A DNA stretch of 64,000 nt from the human T2T-CHM13v2.0 reference genome, Homo sapiens. The position numbers and the translations under genes are program-made. The notes below the pieces were generated by a model. The model saw nothing but the letters and a program-made list of their open reading frames with translations, did not search any database and was not told the DNA's origin. The first letter of the stretch is position 1, and each line of letters starts with the position of its first letter. Positions 26,251-39,516 of the stretch are shown in pieces. The stretch lies in the NCBI RefSeq assembly GCF_009914755.1, contig NC_060930.1. The stretch is one strand, 5' to 3'.

Positions 26251-26670
26251 ATCATTATTTTTCTCAAACTTTAGCTTTAAGAGAAAATTCTCCCTTACAA
26301 TAGAGATGTATAAATCTCTTTGAAACAGTGCATTTTTTATTCATAGGGAAATTTTTTAAACATGCAGTTAAAGAAAGTTAAAAATATTATTTTCCAGAGA
26401 CAAAGCAAATTATGTAATCTTGTTTGTCCAGCCAATCTGCTACTAATTTGTGGCTCTGCTAACTTATGATGACCCAAGTCTTTTCTTTAAAATAAACTTT
26501 CACAAATTGAGCTTCTAAAATTTTTTAGATGGTTAATATATATATAGCAAATAAACTATTCCTTAAAATGATTGTTGGGAGCAATTCTCCATGGGTTCCT
26601 TTTGTATTTCTTTGAGCAGAGACACTTACTACCTTTGTTCCAGACTATTTTTTCAAGGATGATATCTGTT

Positions 26671-27045
26671 CAGTTGCCCCTAGATATTCGTGGGTTTCCA
26701 GGACCCCCACACCATGTATACCAAAAGCCACAAATGTTCAAGTCTCTTACATAAAATGGCAGTCTGGGCATGGTGGCTCATGCCTGTAATCCCAGCACTT
26801 TGGGAGGCTGAGGTGGGTGGATTACTTGAGGTCAGCAGTTCGAGACCAACCTAGCCAACATGGTGCAACACCATCTCTACTAAAAATACAAAACTTAGCT
26901 GGACATGGTGGTGCATGCAGATAATCCCAGCTACTTAGGAGGCTGAGGCAGGAGGATCACTTGAGCCCAGGAGGTGAGGCTGCAGTGAGCCAAGATCATG
27001 CCACTGCACTGCAGCCTGGGTAACAGAGCAGGACTCCATCTTATA

Positions 27046-27084
<39 letters not shown>

Positions 27085-27309
27085 ATGGCAGCGTATTTGC
27101 CAAAACCTATGTATATCCTCCTGGATACTTTAAATCATCTCTAGATTATTTCTAATACTTAATACAAATAAATGCTATGTAGATAGCTGTTATACTGTGT
27201 TGTTTCTTAGTTTGTATTATTTTTTATTGCTGTGATGTCATTTTTATTATTTCTTCTGAATAATTGTGATCTGTGGTTGGCTGAATCTGTGGATGTGGAG
27301 GGCAGATTT
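26671..27309 (+). mobile_element. MER2-family TcMar-Tigger non-autonomous DNA transposon, split by an Alu
   Basis: CAGTTGCCCC...CCAGGACCCCC...TTAAATCATCTCTAGATTA...GGTTGGCTGAATCTGTGGATGTGGAGGGCAGA. Confidence 0.85.
26762..27082 (+). mobile_element. Alu with (TAAA)n tail
   Basis: Full dimer; TSD AAATGGCAG. Confidence 0.95.
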
Positions 27310-27822
27310 TATATAATAGCCTTGGAAGATAGACATAGCGTCTCCTTCCAGAAGGGAAGGTGGGTTTGTTTACTGTCCAATATAATAAAGATAATGTTTC
27401 ACTCTGGGACAAATAAAAGTGTTCTAAGCTTGGGCTCCTCAGTTGTGATGAGGACCCCGTGTGTATACAGCATTCATCTGGGGTTATAACCTTCTCATGT
27501 AACCCTCATTAAACTTTGAAGGCAAGAGGAAACAATGTGCATATAAGGCTCCTCCCACCTGCTGTCCTGTGATAATAAATGCTTTGTCTCTCACTCAGGA
27601 GTTTTGTGTCTTCTGCCAGTATCTATGATATTGTAGTAGGCTAATTTCTTAGCTTGCAAGAGGAGTAATATCTTAGTTCCTTCACGACTGTCATGGAAAC
27701 ATGAGTTTCAAATCTGGAAAGTTTGTTTAAATCTTTTTAGCTATCAGCAAATTTAAAAAAAAAACATTTTAAGGAGAAAATCCTGCAGTTAGATTGAATC
27801 ATATACATGTCAAATATATACG

Positions 27823-29405
27823 CAGGCATGTGTCACTTAAAAACAGGGATTAGTTCTGAGAAATGTGTTGATAGGTGATTTTTCATTGTGTTAACATCAT
27901 AAAGTGTACTTACACATACAGGTAATACAGCCTGCTACACACAGAGGCTCTATGGTATAGCCTATTGCTCCTAGGTTACAAACCTGTATAGCATGTTATT
28001 GTACTGAATACTATAGGCAGCTGTAACACAATGGTAAATACAGTTGTCCCTCCATAGGGGATTGGTTTCAGGACCTCCCATAGATACCACAATCCACAGA
28101 TGCTCAAGTCACTAATATAAAATGGTGTTGTGTTTGCATAGAACCTACCCCTATCCTGCAATATACGTTAAATCATTTCCAGATTACTTATAATACCTAA
28201 CACAATGTAAATAGTCTGTAAATAGTTGTAATAACCTATTGTTTAGGGGATAACAACAGTAAGAGTCTGTACATGTTCAGTACAGACACAACCATCCTTT
28301 ACTTTTGGAATATTTTTGATTTTCATAGTTGAATCCACATATGTGAAACACATGGATAGAGAAGGCTGACTTTATTTGTGTATCTCAATATAACTAAACA
28401 TAGAAAAGGTACAGTAAAATTATGGTATAAAAGATACCTAGGGCATTGTATATATAAGCACCTGTATAAGACACTTACCATGAATGAAGCTTCCAGGACT
28501 GGAACTGGGTCTGGGTGAGTCAGTGAGAGAATGGTGAGTGAATGTGAAATCCTAGGACATTACTGTATACACTACTGTAGACTTTATAAACATTATACAC
28601 TTAGTCTACACTAAGTCTATTAAACATATTTTTATTTCTTTAATAACTCTAGCTTAATTTTAACGTATTTAATTCACAAGCTTTTAATTTTTAACATTTT
28701 GACTCTTTTGTAATAACACTTAGCTTAAAACACAGACACATTATACAGGTATACAAAAATGTTTTCTTTCTTTATGTCCTTACCTACAAGTTTTTTTCAA
28801 TTTTTAAAATCATATACATATGTAAATTATATGTGTATATATATTTACTTTTTATATTGTTTTGTTGAAAACAAAGACATAAACATACATATTAGCCTAG
28901 GCTATGCAGGGTCAGGATCATCAATATCACTGTTTTCCACCTCCACAATTTGCTTCACTGGAAGGTCATCAGGGACAAGAACATGCAAAGAGCTATCATC
29001 TCTTATAACAATGCTTTCTTCTGGAATAAGCTCCAAAAGGACTTGCCTGAGGCTTTTTACAGTCAATTTTTAAAATATGTAAGTAGAAGTAGTACACTTT
29101 AAAAGAACTATAGAAGTATAGTATAGCAAATGCATAAACTGGTAACCTAGTTATTTATTATAATTACCAAGTATTATGTACTGCACATAATTGATTGTGT
29201 TATACATTTATATAACTGGCAGCGCAGTAGGTTTGCTTGCACCAACATTACCATGAACATGTCAGTAATGTGTCATACTAGATGTTACTACAGCTGCAAC
29301 AACACAAGGTGACAGAAATTTTTCAGCTCTATTATAATCTTATGGGCCCACTGTTATAAACGTGATTCATCATTGACCAAAATGCCATTATGCAGAATAT
29401 GACTG
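27823..29405 (+). mobile_element. Tigger3 (Tigger3b-like) DNA transposon, split by MER2
   Basis: CAGGCATGTGTCACTTAA...GTTCTGAGAAATGTGTTG start, TATGGTATAGCCTATTGCTCCTAGG, end TTATGCAGAATATGACTG. Confidence 0.88.
28041..28372 (+). mobile_element. MER2, full length, with TA target duplication
   Basis: TA|CAGTTGTCCCTC...GATTGGTTTCAGGACC...GAAGGCTGACTT|TA. Confidence 0.9.
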
Positions 29406-29412
29406 TGTGTGT

Positions 29413-29452
<40 letters not shown>
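29404..29452 (+). repeat. (TG)n microsatellite
   Basis: About 24 TG units with one TA interruption. Confidence 0.97.
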
Positions 29453-29455
<3 letters not shown>

Positions 29456-29514
29456 AATGGTTTAGTATGATGAATCGTTAGAACGATGAATCTATTGAAA
29501 AGAAACAAATAAGG

Positions 29515-30151
<637 letters not shown>

Positions 30152-30250
30152 GAAGGAAAGAAAGAAGGATCTGATTTGGTTTATGCTAATAAATGGAATT
30201 TTTACAAATTATTTTATTACAAAAATACTTCTCATGGCTGGTAGACTCAC

Positions 30251-30295
30251 CCTGTTTTTATTATATCTTTATTTACTGTCTCTTTCAATTGCAAG
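30251..30295 (-). other. Candidate spliced exon (45 nt)
   Basis: Acceptor GTGACTGATATTTTCGCAG|, donor AGG|GTGAGT; open frame LQLKETVNKDIIKT. Confidence 0.3.
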
Positions 30296-30395
30296 CTGCG
30301 AAAATATCAGTCACCATAAGGATGATGTGGGGTTAAACAGGTGGCTGGGCTAGGAGAAACTAGACAAAACGGCTATGCCCCTTACTCAAATTTAC

Positions 30396-30518
30396 TTTGA
30401 TGTATAAGCACATTGTAAATACAACTTCAATTCTTTCTTCCAATCCTTCTTGTTCATTAACTTTTGAAATGTCATATGCCATTGCCAATAACTGGATGCC
30501 GGATATATGTCTTTCAGT
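30396..30518 (-). other. Candidate spliced exon (123 nt)
   Basis: Acceptor CTAATCATTTTTAATCTCACTAG|, donor AAA|GTAAAT (alternative TGA|GTAAGG 10 nt further); lies within ORF 30392..30586. Confidence 0.3.
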
Positions 30519-33500
30519 CTAGTGAGATTAAAAATGATTAGTTCAAAGTGCTTAACTTTATTTCTCTTCTTCCGGAGGCTACACACTTAGAGTCAGGACT
30601 CTGAGAGTCTATTATGATTTAGGATTTTGGTAATTGGCTTAAATATTTGGCTGTTGGCAGTCTCTTTGCTTATTCAGGAGAAATTTTAACCCAGTTTTAA
30701 TTGGCTAGTAGAAGTCTGCCTTTTTATTTGTAAATAGTGACTTATGCTGGAAGACTTGATAGTCCATTAGGACCCTGAACCCTCTCTTGTCCCAGGGCAG
30801 GCTTCTTTGCAACTAGAAACTTGGTATTAAGTTGGGCAGCACTAATGAAGGCCAGCCTCTGCTGTCTGGTGGTGAGCCAAGTGCAGTACAGGTCTTCTAA
30901 AAGTATCACTTTTAAAAGAGTTCTTAATGAGAGCTGGACCCTAATTCTGAGTGGCTTTGTTAGGAAATGATTTCTTGCAAACAAGGAGAATGAGGAAACT
31001 CTTTTTCAAGGTACGAAAGGAGGCTGCATTCTAGAGGCCTTCAGTGTCTTCCGGAAGTACTGAATTCAGATGTTTAAGTCGCTTGAAAACAGTCCCAAAA
31101 TTTCTTACATTCTAAGTACCCCTCGGCACCACTACCATTTCCACCAGAGAAACACATATGTTTCCAGATTAGCCTTGGGCATCTTGGAACCAGCTCTCTC
31201 AGGTTAGATTTATAAATGAAATGTCAACCATGACCATGAATTGCAACATAAAACACTAATCAAGTGCATGTTTATACATGCTCCTAGACTAAAAGAATTA
31301 AATAGATCATTTTTCTTCCCTTTGAAAGCTTATGCCTTGGAGGCTTGATAAGCAGCCTTTTAGTGAGTCTTCTAGGAAGAGTAATAGATGCTGGTTTGAG
31401 AACTTCTAACAAATGATAGTATTGATAAATCAAATGAAAGAGAAAACCCCACCTGGCTGAGATGAGACTGGTGGGAGTAATTATGCATTAAAAATACCCA
31501 TTAAATCCATTTGAGAGAGATTTAGTTTCTTTTTGATGTCACCAACATTTTGAATTTTCTGTCTGCTCAAGGAGGAGGAACATCTACAGCTGAGTTCTGA
31601 AAAGTTGTCCATGCTAACTGGTCTTATGTGAGACTTGTTTCTATTTTTGCTCCCTTATTTTATCATTTGGAATTCTCATCTACACATTAATACTGAAATA
31701 TTGAGTTCCAGTCTTCATGTCCCTGGTGCCTCATGAAGGTTCTCTCATGTTCACTTGCTCACAGGAACCCCTTCCATCATTGTTTTCACTTCTGAAAGGG
31801 CCATGAGAGCCCAAGATTCAGAGATAAGGGGGTGGCTATTCTGCCAAATTGGCATTCAGACTAAGATGCATTTTTTTCTACTCCTTGACTGAAGAGATGC
31901 AGACTTAAAGCCCTGTCCTGGGGCCTGTCAGTGAGTCTATAGTTCCATTTGGAAGAGACAGACATATAGAGATTATAGTTATCTTGCATAGGGGGATGTT
32001 TGACTGAATGTTTAAAGGGAATCTTGCTTTTCCAACATTTTAAATTATGAAGTACATATAAAATAAAATTTACCATCTTAACAATTTTTAAGTATATAGT
32101 TCAGTGCTATTAAGTGCATTCATTATCACTGAGCAACCATCACCACAATTCATCACCAGGGCTCTTTCTATCTTGCAAAATTAAAATTATATTCATTGTA
32201 TTAAGTTCATTTGTATGACTATAACAAAATACCTGAGACTGAGTGATATAGTTTGTATGTTTGTACTCTCCAAATATCATATGGAAATGTAATCCTCAAT
32301 GTTGGAGGTAGGAGCTGGTGGGAGGTGTTTGGGTCATGGGGACAGATCCCTCATGAATGGCTTCATGCTGTCCTCATAATAGTAAGTTCTAGTGAGATCT
32401 GATTGTTTAAAAGTGTGTGTCATCTCCTTGATCTCTCTCTTGCTCCCTCACTTGCCATGTGACAAGGTGGCTCCTTTTGCATTCTGCCATAATTGAAAGT
32501 TTCCTGAGTCCCTCACCAAAAGCAGATGCTAGAGCCATGCTTACCGTATAGCAGACAAAACTGTGAGCCATTCTTATCACTTTTCTTTATACATTACCCA
32601 GCCTTGGGTGTTTCTTTATAGCAATACAAGAATGGCCTAACACAGAAAATTGGTACTGAGGAGTGGGGTGTTGCTATAAAGGTACCTGAAAGTGTAGAAG
32701 TGACTTTGAAACTGGGCAATGGGCAGAGGTTGAAAGAGTTTGGAGGGCTCAGGAGAAAAGGGGAAGATGAAGGGAAGTTTGAAATTTCTTAGAGACTGGT
32801 TAAATGGTTGTGACAAAATACTGATAGAAATATGGACAGTGATGTCCAGACTGATGAGGTCTCAGATGGAAATAAGGAAGTTATTAGGAACTAGAAAAAA
32901 TGTCACCCATGCAAAGAACTTGGCAAAGAACTTGGCTGCATTGTGTTCATGTCCTAAGGATCTGTGGAAGTTTGAACTTAAGAATCATGTTTTAATATCT
33001 ACTGGAAGAAATTCCTAAGCTACAAAGCATTCAAGATGTGGCCTAGCTGCTTCTAGCAGCCTAAAATCAGAGCAAAGGAATTAAAGTTGGTACTTATATT
33101 TAAAAGGAAAGCAGAGCATACAAGTTTGAAAATTTTGCAGCCTGGACATGTGGTAGAGAAAGAATCCAAGCAGGCTGTGGAGTAATAACTTTCTAGAGAG
33201 ATTAGCGTGACTGAAAGGGAGCCAAGTGCTAATAGTCAAGACAATGGGAAAAAGTCCTCAAGGGCATTTCAGGATCTTTCAGGCAGCCCCTCTCATCACA
33301 GGCCCAGAGGCCTAGGAGGAAATAATGGTTTCAGGGGCAGACCTGGAACAGTGCTGCCTTGCTCAGCCTCAGAGCACTGCTCCCCACATACCAGCTATTC
33401 CAGCTGCAGCTGTGGCTCAAAAGGCCCCAGGTACAGCTGGGACCACTGCTCCAGAGGGGGAAGCCTGAAAGCCTTGGTAGCCTCCACGTGGTGTTAAGCC

Positions 33501-34370
33501 TACAGGCAAGAGTGAAGATGACTTGGCGGCTTCCACCTACATTTAAGAGAATGTATCAGAAAGCCTGGGTGCCCAGGCAGAAGCCTGGCACAGGGACAGA
33601 GCCCCCACAGACAACCTCTACTAGGGCACTGCCTGGTGGAACTGTGCAAAGGGGGCCACCCCTCTTGACCTCAGAATTGTAGATCTATCAGCAGCCTGAA
33701 CCCTTTGCCTGGAAAAGCAGCAGGCACTCAACTCCAGTCCATGAGAGTAACCAAGGGAGCTGCACCCTGCCAAACCACAGGGACAGAGCTGCCCAAGGCC
33801 TTGGAAACCCATCCTTTTCACCAGTGTGCCCTGGGTGTGGGACATGGAGTCAAATGAGATTATTTTGGAGCTTTAAGATATACTGAATGCCCTGCCTGGT
33901 TTCCAACTTGCATGGGCCTATTGCCTCTTTCTTTTGGCCAATTTCCCCCTTTTGAAAAGGGAATGTTTACCCAATGCCTGTACTACTGTTGTATCTTAGA
34001 AGTAAAGAACTTGTTTTGATTTTACAGCTTGTAGATGGAAGATGAGACTCATGACTTTGGACTTGACGCTGGAATCAGTTAATATTTTTGTGGACTATTA
34101 ATACAAAAAAATTGTATTTTGCAATATGAAAAGGACATGTGATTTGAGGGGCCAGGGCAGAATGATATAGTTTAAATGTTCATCTCCTCCAAATCTCATG
34201 TTGAAACATAATCTCAATGTTGGAGAAAGGGCTTGGTGGGAGGTGTTTAGGTCATGGGAGAAGATCCCTCATGAATGACTTGGTGCTATCCTTGCAATAG
34301 CAAGTAAAGTCATGTGAGGACTGTTTGTTTAAAAGTGTGTGGAATCTCCCCCTACCCATTGCCTTTTCTC

Positions 34371-36982
34371 TGCATTAGTCTGCTTTGACACTGCTGATTA
34401 AGATAAAGACATAAATGGCTGGGCATGATGGCTCAGGCACGTAATCCCAGCACTTTGGGAGTCTGAAGCAGGTTGATCACAAGGCCAGGAGTTCAAGACC
34501 AGCCTGGCAAGATGGTGAACCCCCATCTCTACTAAAAATACAAAAATTAGCTGGGTGTGGTCGTGGGTGCCTGTAATCCCAGCTACTTGGGAGGCTGAGG
34601 CAGGGAATTGCTTGAACCCAGGAGGTGGAAGTTGCAGCGAGCCGATATTGCACCACTGCACTCCAGCCTGGGTGATAGAGTGAGACTCCATCTCAAAAAA
34701 AAAAAAAAAAAAAAAAAAAAGACGTACCCAAGACTGGGTAAATTATAAAGAAAAAGAGTTTAATGGACTCACAGTTTCACATGGCTGAGGAGTCCTCACA
34801 ATCATGGTAGAAGGTGAAAGGCACATCTTACATAGTGACAGGCGATAGAGAGAATGAGAACCAAGTGAAAGGGGTTTTCCCTTATAAAACCATCTGATCT
34901 TGTGAGACTTATTAACTATCATGAGAACAGTATGAGGGAAACTGTCACCCTGATTCAATTATCTCCCACTAGGTCCCTCCTATAACATGTGGGAATTATG
35001 TGAGCTACAATTCAAGATGAGAATTTGGTGGAGACACAGAGCCAAACCATATCATTCAGCCTCTGGACCTTCTCAAATTTCATGTCCTCACATTTCAAAA
35101 ACAATCATGCCTTCCCAACAGTCCCCCAGAGTTTTAAATAATTTTGTCATTAACTGAAAAGTACACAGTCCAAAGCCTCATCTAAGACAAGGCAAGTCCC
35201 TTCCACCTATCAGCCTGGAAAATCAAAAGCAAGTTAGTTATTTCCTAGATACAATGGGGGTACAGGGATCGGATAAATACAGCCATTCCAAATGGGGGAA
35301 ATTGGCCAAAACAAAGGAGCTACAAGCCCATGCAAGCCCAAAATCCAGTGGGGCAGCCATATCTTAAAGCTCCAAAATGATCTCCTTTGACTCCATGTCT
35401 CATATCCATGTCACGCTGATGCAAGAGATGGGTTCCCATGATCTTGGGCAGCTTCACTCCTGTGGCTTTGCAGGATACAGCCTCCCCTCCCTGCTGCTTT
35501 CACAGGCTGTCTGCAGCTTTTCCAGGTGCATGGTGCAAACTGTCAGTGGATCTACCATTCTAGGGTCTGGAGAATGGTGCCTTCTTCTCAAAGCTCCATT
35601 GGGCAGTGCCCCACTGTGGTCTCTGTGTGGGGGATTCAACCCCACATTTCCCTTCTGCACTGCCCTAGCAGAGATTCTCCATGAGGGCCCTGCCCTGCAG
35701 CAAACTTTTGCCTGGACATCCAGGCATTTCCATACATCTAGATGGAGGCTCCCATATCTCAATTCTTGACTTCTGTGCACTCACTGTCTCAATACCATGT
35801 GGAAGCTGCCAAGTTTTGGGGTTTGTATCCTCTGAAGTCATAGCTTGAATTGTACCTTGATCCCTTTTAGCCATGACTACAGTGACTGGAACACAGGGCA
35901 CTGAGTCCCTGGGCTTCATACAGCAGGGAGGCCTTAGGCCAAGATGGCAAAACCATTTTTTCCTCCCAAGTTTCTGGGCCTGTGATGGGAGGGGCTGTCA
36001 CAAAGGTCTCTGACATTTCCTGGAGACATTTTCTCCATTGTCTTGGTAATTAACATTTAGTTCGTCACTACTTAAGCACATTTCTGCAGCCAGCTTGAAT
36101 TTCTCTTTAGAAAATGAATTTTTCTTTTCTATCACATTGTCAAGCTGCACATTTTCTGAAATTTTATGCTTTGTTTCCCTTTTAAAACTGAATGCTTTAA
36201 CAAGCACCCAAGTCACCTCTTGAATGCTTTGCTGCTTAGAAATTTCTTCTTTCAGATATCCTAAATCATCTTTCTGAAGTTCAAAGTTCCACAAATCTCT
36301 AGGGCAGGGGCAAAATGCCACCAGTTTCTTTGCTAAAACATAGCAGAAGTCACCTTTACTCTAGTTTCCCAACAAGTTCCTTATCTCTATCTGAGACCAC
36401 CTCAGCCTGGATTTCATTGTCCATATTATTATCAGCATTTTGGTTAAAGCAATTCAACAAGTCTCTAGGAAGTTCCAGAATTTCCCACATTTTCCTGTCT
36501 TCTTCTGAGCCCTCCAAACTGTTCCAACCTCTGACTGTTACCCTCTGCCAAAGTTGCTTCCACATTTTCAGGTATCTTTACAACAGCACCCCACTCTACC
36601 CATACCAACTTATTGCATTAGCCCATTTTGACACTGCTGATAAAAATAAAGACATAGCTAAGACTGGTTAAATTATAAAGAAGAAAAGGTTTAATTGACT
36701 CACAGTTCTATGTGGCTGGGAAGGTCCCACAATTGTAGCAGAAGGTGAAAGGCATGTCTGACATAGCAGCAGGCAAGAGAAAGAATGAGAACCAAGCAAA
36801 TGAGGTTTCCCTTATAAAACCATCAGGTCTCATAAGGTTTATTAATTACCACAAGAACAATATGGGGGAAACTCCTCCCATGATTCAATTATCTCCCACT
36901 GGGTCCATCTAACAACACGTGGGAATTATGGGAGCTAAAATTTAAAATGAGATTTCAGTGGATACACACGCAAACCATATCA
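34371..36982 (-). mobile_element. Complete THE1 (C/D-like) provirus: 5' LTR 36614-36982, internal 35055-36613, 3' LTR 34371-35054 (Alu inside)
   Basis: Both LTRs begin TGCATTAG and end CCATATCA on the + strand; TSD TTCTC/CTCTC; the MST LTR resumes at 36983. Confidence 0.95.
34417..34720 (+). mobile_element. AluS with a long pure poly-A tail
   Basis: Full dimer, A26 tail, TSD AAAGAC(A/G)TA. Confidence 0.95.
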
Positions 36983-38654
36983 CTCTCTCACCATGTGATG
37001 TGCATGCTCGATTTCACCTTCTACCATGAGTGGAGGCTTCCTGGGGCCTCACCAGAAACAGATGCTAGAGCCATGCTTGTACAGCCTGCAGAACTGTGAG
37101 TCAAATCTCTTTTCTTTATAAATTACCCAGCCTCATGTGTTTATAGCAATGTAAAACTGCCCTAACACACTAGTCCAAGATCAAAGTTCCTGCATTTATG
37201 TCTGGTGAGGGCTGCTCTGTTTCTAGGGTGGCACCTTGTTGCTATGTCTTCACAATGAGGAAGGTAGAGGGGCCAGAGAGTACTTCCTTTAAGCTTAAGA
37301 CCTTATATAAGGGTGTTAATCTCATTCATGAGGGCAGACCTCTCATAACTTAAGCACCTTCCAAAGGTCATACCTCTTAATACTGTTGTATTGGGAATTA
37401 AGTTTCAAGATGAATTTTGGAGGGAACACCATCATTCAAACTGTATTACTTAATAAATATTAACTCCCCATTCTCCCTCCCGCTAGATGGTCCCAACTGC
37501 CATTCTACTTTCTGCCTGATTTTGACTACTCTGGGTACCTCATATAAGTAAAATCACAGTTTGTTTTTTTGTGCCTGGCTTATTATTCTTAGTATAATGT
37601 TCTCAAGGTTCATTAATGTTGTAGTATGTGTCAGAATTTCCTTTCTTTTTAAGGCTGAATAATGTTTAATGGTATGCATATAAAACGTTTTGCTCATCCA
37701 TTCGTCAGTGAACAAGTGGGTTGTTCCCCCATTTTTTATGTTGTGAATAATCCTGCTGTCAACATAGTTGTACAAATATCTCTTCAAGATCTTGCTTCAG
37801 TTCCTTTGGGTAAATATCTAGAAGTGGAATTGCTGGATCATGTGGTAAATCTATTTTTAAATCTTTTAAAAACTATCATACTGTTTTCCAGAGTGACTAT
37901 ACCACTTCACAGTCCCACCAAGAGTGTACAAATGATCCAATTTCTCCACATCCTCACCAACGCTTGTATGGACAATCCTGGAAAATGCCCCACATGTACT
38001 TGGGAAGAATATATATTCTGTTGCTGTTGAGTATAGTGTTCTGTCTATGTCTGTTAGATCTAGTAGGTTTATTGTGTTGTTCACATCTTCCATTTCCTTT
38101 CTTATGTATTGTCTGGTTGTTCTACCCATAATTGAAACTGTGGGACATTGAAGTCCCTGTGTATTATTGTGGAAATGTCTATTTCTCCTATAAATTCTGT
38201 TGATTTTTTCTTCATATGTTTTGGTGGTCACTTGTTAGGTGCATAAATGCTTATAGTTGTTATATATTAATGTTTTGAAACTTTATTCATATGTAATGCT
38301 CTTATTTGTCTCCTGTAAACTTTTTAATTTAAAGTCTATTGTGTCTGATGTTTGTATAGCTACCTCTGCACTGTTTTGGTTACTATTTACCTGGAATGTC
38401 TTTTTCCATCCTTTCACTTTCAACTTATTTGTGTCTGGCTCTAAAGTGAGTCTCTTGTAGACAGCATATGGTTAGATTATGATTTTATAGGCTTTTAAAA
38501 TCCATTTTTCAATCTCTGTCTTTTGATTGAAGGTTTTAATACATTTCCATTTAAATTGCTCATAAAGGACTTGCCTCTGTTAATTTGTTATTTTCTATAT
38601 GCCTTGGAGATTTTGTCCCCATTTCTTGTCTTTGATGTGTTGATGTTTAGCTGA

Positions 38655-38964
<310 letters not shown>

Positions 38965-39158
38965 TGTTTGGCTGATTTTTTAAAGTGAAATTTTAATTCC
39001 CTTCTCATTTTGTGTGTATATTTTACAACCATTTTCTTTACGATTGCCATGGGGATTACAGTTAACATCCTAAAGTTATAACAGCCTAATTTAAATTTAT
39101 ACCAGCTTAATTTCAATAACATACAAAAACCTCTGCTCCTATACATCTCGATCCCCAC

Positions 39159-39516
39159 TGTGTTAGTCCATTGTCACATGACTATGAAGAAATACCCAAG
39201 ACTGGGCAATTAATAAAGAAAAGAGTTTTAACTGACACACAGTGTCACATGGCAGGGGAGGCCTGATGAAACTTATAAACGTGGAGGAAGTGACCTCTTC
39301 TCAGGGAGGCAGGAGAGAGAATGAGTGCAAGCAGGGGAAATACCAGACACTTATAAAACCATCAGGTCTTGTGAGACTCACACATTATCATGAGAACAGC
39401 ATGGGGAAAATCACCCCCATGATCCAATTACCTCCACCTGGTCCCAACTTTGACTTGTGGGGATTATTACAATTCAAGGTGAGATTTGGGTGGGGACACA
39501 GAGCGAGACCAAATTC
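39159..39516 (-). mobile_element. MSTA/THE1D-like solo LTR
   Basis: TGTGTTAGTCCATT...GAGATTTGGGTGGGGACACAGAGC; TSD CCCAC/CCTAC. Confidence 0.88.

Larger units (their letters stand above)
26573..27693 (+). mobile_element. ERVL LTR (MER76-like), interrupted by MER2 and Alu
   Basis: TGTTGGGAGCAATTCTCCATGGG start; AGCCTTGGAAGATAGACATAGCGTCTCC resumes after the insert; AATAAA at ~27574; ends ...TGTCA. Confidence 0.7.
32244..37169 (+). mobile_element. MSTB-like MaLR provirus: 5' LTR 32244-32644, internal 32645-34162, 3' LTR 34163-34370 plus 36983-37169
   Basis: Two LTRs starting TGATATAGTTT and ending CCTAACACA; MST-int between them; polypurine tract GAGGGGCCAGGGCAGAA before the 3' LTR. Confidence 0.9.
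32197..37448 (-). mobile_element. MSTC/MLT1A-like solo LTR split in two (32197-32243 and 37170-37448)
   Basis: TGTATTAAGTTCATTTG...CTATAACAAAATACCTGAGACTG, resuming GTCCAAGATCAA...TCTGGTGAGGGC...GAATTTTGGAGGGAACAC. Confidence 0.75.
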
